Part shown: positions 1-6,369 of the stretch, one piece after another | Layout of the letters: each line of letters starts with the position of its first letter | Numbering within the stretch: position 1 is the stretch's first letter | Origin: Candidatus Nanopusillus sp. | GTDB lineage: Archaea; Nanobdellota; Nanobdellia; Nanobdellales; Nanobdellaceae | Direction of reading: 5' to 3' | Length of the DNA: 12,051 bases | Assembly (NCBI GenBank): GCA_046536775.1 | Contig: JAWDMD010000014.1 | Coordinates: 1 to 12,051, forward strand | Notes under the pieces: generated by a model | Told to the model about the DNA's origin: nothing | The model's database searches: none | Seen by the model: the letters and a program-made list of their open reading frames with translations, nothing else | Translations under genes and position numbers: made by a program

Positions 1-2
1 TA

Positions 3-515
3 TTGGTAAATGAGGATAAAACTACAAGGCTTTTTGGATATTATATACCAGAAGTAAAGGATGTTGTAATTGGAAAAGTAATTGATGTACTATCAAATTT
101 ATGGATAATTGATATAAATTCTCCATATATGGGAAAATTATCTTTAAAAGATAGTGGAGCAGATCCCAACGACTTATATACCTATGGCGATTATATATTA
201 TGCCAGATTATAAAAGTAACAAAAAATAAATTAATAGATTTGGAGATTAAGAAAAGGGAAAAATTAAATGATGGGTTAATATTAAAAGTAGATCCTGCAA
301 AAATTCCGAGGTTGATTGGAAAAAACTCTTCAATGTTAAATTCAATCAAAGAAAATTTGAAAATAGATATAATAATTGGAAAAAACGGTAGAATATATTT
401 AAATGGTGATGTAAAAGATGTATCGAAAGCAGTAGATATTATCAGATTTATTATAAATAATTCTCATAAAAGGGGTTTAACTGAAAAGGTTAAAGAAATT
501 TTGGAAAATAAATAA
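3..515 (+). CDS. rrp4: Exosome RNA-binding cap subunit Rrp4 (S1 + KH domains); 5' end lies upstream of the window
   Basis: S1-like segment LFGYYIPEVKDVVIGKVIDV...WIIDINSPYMGKLSL. KH-like segment PAKIPRLIGKNSSMLNSIKENLKIDIIIGKNGRIYLNG. Stop is 2 nt before rrp41, the canonical rrp4-rrp41 order. The M at position 3 in the track is only the frame start at the window edge. Confidence 0.85.
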   Translation: MVNEDKTTRLFGYYIPEVKDVVIGKVIDVLSNLWIIDINSPYMGKLSLKDSGADPNDLYTYGDYILCQIIKVTKNKLIDLEIKKREKLNDGLILKVDPAKIPRLIGKNSSMLNSIKENLKIDIIIGKNGRIYLNGDVKDVSKAVDIIRFIINNSHKRGLTEKVKEILENK

Positions 516-517
516 AA

Positions 518-1273
518 ATGGTAAAAAGATTTGATGGTAGAGAATATAATGAACTAAGGAAAATAAATATAAAGTTAAATGTAGTGGATAATGCAAGAGG
601 ATCTGCAATATTTTCTTTTGGTGATACTGTTGCATTGGCTGCTGTATATGGACCAAAACCTTCAAAAATGTCCATAGATTATGATAAAGCATTCTTAAGG
701 GTTAGATACAATATGCTGACATTTTCTACACCTGAAAGAAAGAAACCTACACCGGGTAGAAGAGAGATTGAGCTATCTGAAGTAATTAAGAGAGCATTAG
801 AACCAGCATTATTATTAGAAGAAATTCCTGGGAGTATTATAGATATATATATTGAAATATTAAACGCAGATGCTGGAACAAGGACCGCAAGCATAAATGC
901 CGCATCTTTGGCATTATCTTTATCAGGTATTCCAATGAAAGATTTAGTAGTAGCTCTAGCAGTTGGAAAAATTGGAGAAAAAATCGTTGCAGATTTAAAT
1001 AAGGAAGAAGAAGATTACGATTCTGAAAAATTAAAGAAAGATCATGAGAAATCAAAATATATACAATATTATGGAGAAGGAAGAGCTACAGATATACCGG
1101 TTGCAATAATTCCTTCTGAGAAGAGATTTACTTTAATACAGTTGGATGGAGAAATTTCAAATAAAGAACTAAATGATGCATTAAATTTAGCATTAGAAAA
1201 AGCTTTAGAAATAAAAGATCTAATGAAGAATAGTATATTGGGACATTTATCTTCAGATAATTTTATTTATTAG
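518..1273 (+). CDS. rrp41: Exosome catalytic subunit Rrp41 (RNase PH fold)
   Basis: Rrp41 hallmarks: R-DGR-x-NELR near the N-terminus, GSA-F-GDT-A-AAVYGP, RY-M-FS-ERK-P-RRE-E-S, ADAGTRTASINAASLAL, and TDIPVA before LIQLDGE. Contains an extra ~20 aa block relative to the Rrp41 sequences I remember. Confidence 0.9.
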   Translation: MVKRFDGREYNELRKINIKLNVVDNARGSAIFSFGDTVALAAVYGPKPSKMSIDYDKAFLRVRYNMLTFSTPERKKPTPGRREIELSEVIKRALEPALLLEEIPGSIIDIYIEILNADAGTRTASINAASLALSLSGIPMKDLVVALAVGKIGEKIVADLNKEEEDYDSEKLKKDHEKSKYIQYYGEGRATDIPVAIIPSEKRFTLIQLDGEISNKELNDALNLALEKALEIKDLMKNSILGHLSSDNFIY

Positions 1274-1319
1274 TATTTTTATAACAAATTTTATAAAGTA
1301 CAAAATATTCTTAAATCAT

Positions 1320-2645
1320 ATGGGGAAAAATTATAAATATCTTATAATATTAATTTCTATTTTAAACTTTACCAACATTTATTCACAATCAAATAATTAT
1401 GTTTATACATGGTATAATGAATCTATAGGTACATTATATATAGATAAACAATTATTAGAATCAACCGCTAGTATGCTTTCTCAATATTTTAGTGCGCTTT
1501 CTCAATACTTAGGTCCTTTAGCACCAATTATTTTAAAAAATTTACCATATATAATAGAAAATTTACCAATTATAGCTTCATTTCTTGCTCTATTTTTTAT
1601 ATTTTATAGATTCCTAAATATTATTAATGAAAAATTGAATATTATCGATGAACATCCAAAAACAATCATTGGTATATTCTCACTGGGAATATCTCTAGTT
1701 GCTGCATACTTATTTTGGCCTTTTGTTATACCTATATTAGGTACCGCATTTATAATAAAAATATTTAGAATTGGTAAATCTAAATTGGAAAGTTTTAAAG
1801 AAAGCTTAGGTAAGATTAATCCTGGATTAATAAATTTCTTCTCAAAAGCAACAACAAATATTAGAGATTTTGATAAAGATACTGGTAAAGTTCTAAAAGA
1901 CATAAATAAAATAGATAAAATAATAAATCATCCTCGCATAAGAGAATTATTAAATTCTATAGAAAAAGATATAGAAACTTTAAATAATATAATATCCCAC
2001 CTATTAAAAGAAACTGAAAATGAGAAATTAACTCCATATAAATTAATAGCTTATTCATCAAAATTTGATCTAACATATAAGAATGCTATAAATAAAATCG
2101 AACAGTTAAATAGAACAATAAATACTATGCTTAATCCTTACTTATTGAGAAGAGTTGGAAATACAATATTTAGAACAAATAAATTTACACCAAAGTATTT
2201 AAGAGAACTAATAAATATATCAAAAGACTTGGATGGGAGATTAAAAAATACATACAATGAGGGTTATAAAATATTTGAAGGTTTAAAGGGATTCTTAATT
2301 TCTGCAGAAGCTACTAGTAGGGAATATAAAATTAAAATAAATAATAATTTAAACAGAATTCTTAATAATAGGAATTTTTTACCTCTATTTAATAACAATA
2401 AATCTATGACAAGAAAACTACAAGAAATAGAGAACACCGTCGTTGCTATTGATAAAAATCAAAATATACCTCCATTGAAAAAAGTGGAAATATTATCCGA
2501 AATACTTAACTTTACAAAAAAATTATCTAAATATTTACGTAAATTTAAGGGAAATCCAAAAAAATTATCAAACTTTATCAACAAAAATTTTAAGAAAATA
2601 ATTAACTCAACTGGAAGTGATTTAAAAACCTCTAAAAAACGTTAA
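1320..2645 (+). CDS. Hypothetical membrane-anchored protein: N-terminal signal/anchor, short ectodomain, about 3 TM helices, then a ~290-aa Lys/Asn-rich helical domain
   Basis: Long ORF in an AT-rich genome where random ORFs are short. Hydrophobic N-terminus YLIILISILNFTNIYSQ. TM segments LPIIASFLALFFIFYRFL and TIIGIFSLGISLVAAYLFWPFVIPILGTAFII. TATA-like ttttataaa sits about 25-30 nt before the ATG. No family recognised. Confidence 0.75.
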   Translation: MGKNYKYLIILISILNFTNIYSQSNNYVYTWYNESIGTLYIDKQLLESTASMLSQYFSALSQYLGPLAPIILKNLPYIIENLPIIASFLALFFIFYRFLNIINEKLNIIDEHPKTIIGIFSLGISLVAAYLFWPFVIPILGTAFIIKIFRIGKSKLESFKESLGKINPGLINFFSKATTNIRDFDKDTGKVLKDINKIDKIINHPRIRELLNSIEKDIETLNNIISHLLKETENEKLTPYKLIAYSSKFDLTYKNAINKIEQLNRTINTMLNPYLLRRVGNTIFRTNKFTPKYLRELINISKDLDGRLKNTYNEGYKIFEGLKGFLISAEATSREYKIKINNNLNRILNNRNFLPLFNNNKSMTRKLQEIENTVVAIDKNQNIPPLKKVEILSEILNFTKKLSKYLRKFKGNPKKLSNFINKNFKKIINSTGSDLKTSKKR

Positions 2646-2816
2646 TTAGAGCTAATTTGCGAGATTATTATATTCTTATTGAACTATTTACAAGAGTACA
2701 ATGTCCATAGCATCTAGTTATAGAGCTTTAAAATTAAAATAAAATGATAAAATTGTATTTAAGAAACTCAAATCTTTAGAAGGATCTATTAATAAAAGAT
2801 GCTTTTACTATCTTAC

Positions 2817-2948
2817 AGGTGATCTAAAAGATCTAACTAAACTTTACAAAAAACATCTTAATTTTTCATTTCCTAAATATTAAAGAAGATCTCTTCCTCT
2901 GAAATTCTCCAGCATAATTTACCAATCTTTCCAAACCTATAGAAATAC
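2817..2948 (-). pseudogene. Decayed partial copy of the Lhr-type helicase gene (antisense to the + strand) with an apparent ~396-nt internal deletion
   Basis: 2900-2939 is identical to 5104-5143 (40/40). The minus-strand reading gives IGLERLVNYAGEFQR, matching helicase residues ~169-183, with synonymous caa>cag and aga>agg at the edge. It then jumps to a tct tct tta (SSL) match with helicase T316-L319 (+ strand taaagaagat at 2881-2890 = 4692-4701). Further collinear short anchors: ttcc, catct (2854 vs 4661), aggtga (2817 vs 4638). Stops are present in frame. Only the 40-mer and its immediate flanks are secure. Confidence 0.5.
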
Positions 2949-3065
2949 GAAATTTCAAATAAAGAATTAAATGATGCATTAAATTTAGCATTAGAAAAAT
3001 CTTTAGAAATCAAAGAAATAATGAAGAATACAATCTTGAATACATATAAAGCCAGTACATTATAA
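2949..3065 (+). pseudogene. Orphan copy of the 3' end of rrp41 (38 codons plus stop, no 5' part)
   Basis: Hand alignment to 1151-1273 gives 82/90 nt identical over the first 30 codons, with only 1 difference in the first 51 nt. In frame it reads EISNKELNDALNLALEKSLEIKEIMKNTILNTYKASTL*, against EISNKELNDALNLALEKALEIKDLMKNSILGHLSSDNFIY* in rrp41. Homology starts abruptly at 2949. Confidence 0.85.
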
Positions 3066-3171
3066 CCTTTTATTTATTTAATATTTTTTATTTAATTTTT
3101 CTATATCTATTCCCTTTTTGTTATAATTATAAGAAAATAATTTATAAATTTTAACAAATTTATATAACAAA

Positions 3172-4491
3172 ATGGAAGGTACAAAAAATATTAATAAGAA
3201 GTTACTAATAACTATATTTACTTTTTTATTTCTAATAAGGTTTATATTTTCAGTATATCCCCAAGCAACATCTCCACAGAATAATGCAGCAAGTAGCTTA
3301 GAATCGAATTCTATTATTCAATGGATTATTAACTCTTCAGTTAGTGGTTATTCAACTGCAGGTCAATATTTAGCTAATTTTTTATCTATTAATGGAGTAC
3401 CATCCGATGTTTGGCCTATTATAGTATTTTTAATGACTACTTTATTCTTTATTGGAATATATACATTTATTTTTGAAATATTTGTACGAAGAATTGGATC
3501 AAACGAAGAAACAACGACAATGAAAAAAGCAAAAATATTATTTATATTTGCTCTAAGCTTATTTTCTGCAATATCAATAGGTTATGCTATACCATTTTTA
3601 TTTAGTCTTTATGGATTTGTTTTATTAATTGTTTTATTAATAGTTTTATTTTTCTTTGGAAGAGCTATTGTTTCTTATGGAAAAATTTTTCATCATTCAG
3701 TTGATCTTTTTGCAGCTCAGGTAAAAAAAAGTTTAATAGAGGCAGAAAAAGCAGCAAAAGATCTTCCTAAAGAAGAAGCAAATCTAATAACAGAAGGAAT
3801 AAAAAAGATTGAGGATCCTTATAATGCTGCAGAAAATGCATTGAAAGATGCAGAGAACAAATTTGAAAATGCTTTAAATATTATAATAAATGAACATGAA
3901 GAATTTATTAATAGTTTAATAAATGATTATAATAAATTTTTAAATAGTGGTATTGCAGCTTCATGGTCACCTAATGATCGAGATCTTGTAACTAAGCTTA
4001 TTGGAGAATCAAAAAATAAAATATATACAAATGAAGAAGAAGTAAGAAAAATATTAAACAATCCAGATAAACGAAATATACAAAATATACAACAAATCAA
4101 ATCAATAAGACAACTTCGTGATGATATATCAAACTACATCCAGGGACTTGGATTAAACGATGTACAAAAACAAGAATTACAAAATATATTACAGAAAGAC
4201 TATCAGGATACTATTAAAAAATATGAATATAAAATATCATCAGAAATAAATGAGTCAATAAATAAATACAGAGAAGCAGAAAATGCATTAGGGACACTCC
4301 AAGTATATGAAAAATTACTTGATAAACCTGTCTTAAAAATTAGGAGATCTTTAGGTGTTTATGGTGATGAAAAAGTAGAATTAGCAATGTTATCTAAATT
4401 AGAAGAATCAAAAAAAGGAATAGAGATATTAAAAAATTTAGTTAATGAAAGAATACAATCTATTGAAAAATTTCGAGCAACTATTTCTTAA
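3172..4491 (+). CDS. Hypothetical membrane-anchored protein, same architecture as 1320-2645; the helical domain includes a HEPN-like segment
   Basis: Signal/anchor LLITIFTFLFLIRFIFSVYPQ. TM segments WPIIVFLMTTLFFIGIYTFIFEIFV and ILFIFALSLFSAISIGYAIPFLFSLYGFVLLIVLLIVLFFFG. A ~275-aa helical region follows. Shares QYL, PII and LFFI (residues 91-94 in both) with the 441-aa protein. Residues 219-278 are collinear with the HEPN-like region of the 576-aa protein. TATA-like atttataaa sits ~25 nt before the ATG. Confidence 0.75.
   Translation: MEGTKNINKKLLITIFTFLFLIRFIFSVYPQATSPQNNAASSLESNSIIQWIINSSVSGYSTAGQYLANFLSINGVPSDVWPIIVFLMTTLFFIGIYTFIFEIFVRRIGSNEETTTMKKAKILFIFALSLFSAISIGYAIPFLFSLYGFVLLIVLLIVLFFFGRAIVSYGKIFHHSVDLFAAQVKKSLIEAEKAAKDLPKEEANLITEGIKKIEDPYNAAENALKDAENKFENALNIIINEHEEFINSLINDYNKFLNSGIAASWSPNDRDLVTKLIGESKNKIYTNEEEVRKILNNPDKRNIQNIQQIKSIRQLRDDISNYIQGLGLNDVQKQELQNILQKDYQDTIKKYEYKISSEINESINKYREAENALGTLQVYEKLLDKPVLKIRRSLGVYGDEKVELAMLSKLEESKKGIEILKNLVNERIQSIEKFRATIS
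3825..3851 (+). repeat. 27-nt exact repeat (copy 1) tgctgcagaaaatgcattgaaagatgc, encoding AAENALKDA
   Basis: Identical to the reverse complement of 8240-8266. Both copies are in frame in their genes. Confidence 0.95.
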
Positions 4492-4496
4492 GTAAT

Positions 4497-5648
4497 TTAT
4501 TTTTCCAATACAAACTTTTTAATTGCCAAACTTTCTGCATAATCATCTATATCCGTTGTAATTATATATCCAATAGATACTTCATGCAATTTATGACCTG
4601 CCCTTCCAATCCTTTGTATTAACCTTGTAACCTGTCTAGGTGAATTATATTGAATAACAGCATCTACATATCCAATATCTATTCCAAGTTCTAAAGAAGA
4701 TGTCGCAATAATTGCCTTAATTTTCCCTTCCTTAAATAATCTTTCATTTCTTTCCCTTACTTCCCTTGATAAAGAACTATGATGTATTTCAATTTTATAT
4801 TCAGGTAACCAAACCTTAAATCTCGAAGATAATAATTCCGCCATTTCTCTTGTATTTACAAATATTATTACAGATTTATGCTTATCTAATATTTCTTTTA
4901 TTTTTCTTAAGCTCCATGCTATTTTTGGATTCCAATTATATTTCTTTGCTAATTCTAAATCTTCTTCACTGATTTCTGGATAATATACTTCTATATGATA
5001 TTTTTTCTCTGAATACCAATATGCAATTTTATGATCCCTATATCCAAAAACAAATTTTGCAGCTTCATCCAGATCCCCTATTGTTGCAGATAATGCAATT
5101 CTTTGAAATTCTCCAGCATAATTTACCAATCTTTCCAAACCTAAAGATAATTGTATTCCTCTTTTTTCATTTAATAATTCATGTAATTCATCTACAATAA
5201 CATATTTTACTGTTTTTAGTTGTTCTCTTAATCTTTTTCCTAAAAATAATATTTGAAAAGTTTCTGGTGTTGTTATTAAAAATTCTACAGGTTTTTTAGA
5301 TAATCTTGCTCTTTCTTTTTCTTCTGTATCTCCATGTCTAACTGCAACAGATATACCTAAATTATCACACCACCATTTTATTCTATCTAATACATCTCTA
5401 TTCAATGCTCTTAATGGTGATATATAAATTCCTAATAATTGATTTTCAATCCCTTTTTCCTTTAATTCCAATATTTTTGAAAATACAGGTAATATTGCAG
5501 CTTCTGTTTTTCCAGATCCTGTAGGAGCAACAATTAAAGTATTATTTCCATTTAATATTTCAGGAATTGCTATCTTTTGAATTGGATAAAAATCTCCAAA
5601 TCTTTCAAAGAATAATTCCTCTACTTTTTTATTAAGATTATATGTCAT
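4497..5648 (-). CDS. lhr: Lhr-type (large helicase-related, SF2 DEAD/DEAH) helicase, RecA1+RecA2 core only
   Basis: Motifs: Q-motif FYPIQ; I APTGSGKT; Ia YISPLRALNRD; TTPE; II DELH; III SAT; V ATSSLELGIDIG; VI QRIGRAGH. YISPLRAL plus DELH plus ATSSLELGID is the Lhr-like flavour. The ORF ends ~35 aa after motif VI, so it is far shorter than the ~850-900 aa Lhr proteins. Its stop is 5 nt from the stop of the convergent 3172-4491 gene. Confidence 0.88.
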   Translation of the reverse strand: MTYNLNKKVEELFFERFGDFYPIQKIAIPEILNGNNTLIVAPTGSGKTEAAILPVFSKILELKEKGIENQLLGIYISPLRALNRDVLDRIKWWCDNLGISVAVRHGDTEEKERARLSKKPVEFLITTPETFQILFLGKRLREQLKTVKYVIVDELHELLNEKRGIQLSLGLERLVNYAGEFQRIALSATIGDLDEAAKFVFGYRDHKIAYWYSEKKYHIEVYYPEISEEDLELAKKYNWNPKIAWSLRKIKEILDKHKSVIIFVNTREMAELLSSRFKVWLPEYKIEIHHSSLSREVRERNERLFKEGKIKAIIATSSLELGIDIGYVDAVIQYNSPRQVTRLIQRIGRAGHKLHEVSIGYIITTDIDDYAESLAIKKFVLEK

Positions 5649-5818
5649 AGATGATTTATATATTTGAATATATTCTTTATTAAACTTACATTTATATTCT
5701 CCAAGAAATTTTTATAAGGTATTCAAAGGATTTAGGGGAAAATTAAAAAATCCTTTTAAAAAGGTATAAAACTTAAATAAGAAATGATAGAAAGAAAATT
5801 TTCAATGACCTTACTAAA

Positions 5819-6358
5819 TTGCAAAATATTTTAAGGCAACAGAAGTTTATAGGATCATATTGTAATTATAATAAATATAGAACAATTTTAGGTAATAATT
5901 TAATATCTGAAATTTGTAAAGTTTCTAGCATTATAGATACAATGTCTGAATCAGTTTATAGAGAACGCGTTAGAATAGCAAGAGACATCGGAATATTAGA
6001 TAAAGAATTGCATAAGTATGTTAAAATATATGAGGAGGCATCATTACAAAATAGAAAAGATATTATAAAAGAATTAGAAGAACAAAAGTCAATAGTAGTA
6101 GAGGAATTAAATTCGGAAGTACAAGAAGAAAGACTTCTTAAAAATATTATTAGTTTACATAATGAAAAAGAAAAATTAGTAAATAATTTAATAACAATAA
6201 TTAGAAATAACGCTGTGAAGAAAGATTTTAATGAATTAAATAAATTAATCAAAAATGAAAAAAAGATAATAAATGAATTAAATAAATATATGAAGGAAAA
6301 TGAAAAGACTCTCAAAAATGAAGAAGGATCAATAAATAAGACAGAGCATATTATATAA
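5819..6358 (+). CDS. Hypothetical coiled-coil protein (Glu/Lys/Asn-rich)
   Basis: The open frame has no recognisable motifs. The track start at 5819 is TTG. The first ATG is at 5942 (MSESVYRERV...), which may be the true start. Confidence 0.5.
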   Translation: MQNILRQQKFIGSYCNYNKYRTILGNNLISEICKVSSIIDTMSESVYRERVRIARDIGILDKELHKYVKIYEEASLQNRKDIIKELEEQKSIVVEELNSEVQEERLLKNIISLHNEKEKLVNNLITIIRNNAVKKDFNELNKLIKNEKKIINELNKYMKENEKTLKNEEGSINKTEHII

Positions 6359-6369
6359 TATTAAAATTT

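Noticed and set aside
477-1903. Antisense and overlapping track ORFs inside the left-hand genes: 477-692, 490-675, 679-894, 837-1055 and 1604-1903 in this interval. The same class elsewhere is 5956-6315, 7068-7325, 8219-8437, 8763-9044, 9779-9967 and 10386-10697.
   Set aside because: Each lies opposite or overlapping a longer ORF with clear family motifs or membrane-protein character. Their translations are low-complexity Leu/Ile/Phe/Asn strings typical of the antisense strand of AT-rich genes. No motifs were recognised.
2701-2883. The + strand frame reads MSIASSYRALKLK*NDKIVFKKLKSLEGSINKRCFYYLTGDLKDLTKLYKKHL..., which looked like the C-terminal end of an RNase PH-type subunit, that is, a remnant of the missing rrp42.
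   Set aside because: The resemblance rests on a loose pattern and on my imperfect memory of Rrp42 sequences. The same DNA shows collinear nucleotide anchors to the helicase gene on the other strand, which fits the duplication model better. It remains an alternative to test by sensitive search.
1151-3065. The rrp41 3'-end pair as a diversity-generating retroelement template/variable repeat.
   Set aside because: The differences between copies involve c, g, a and t in both directions and are not restricted to adenines of one copy. No reverse transcriptase gene is present in the window.
1274-3171. TATA-like boxes upstream of most genes, for example ttttataaa near 1290, atttataaa near 3140 and tttataagg at 5711.
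   Set aside because: The spacing (~25-30 nt to the ATG) is suggestive of leaderless transcripts. However, A/T-rich hexamers are so common here that individual calls are not supportable without TSS data. Only the rRNA candidate is listed, at low confidence.
5725-5756. Inverted repeat aaaggattt-(14 nt)-aaatccttt in the divergent region between lhr and the coiled-coil ORF.
   Set aside because: It is a 9-bp, mostly A/T stem with a long loop. Such repeats are expected by chance in DNA this AT-rich, and there is no supporting context.
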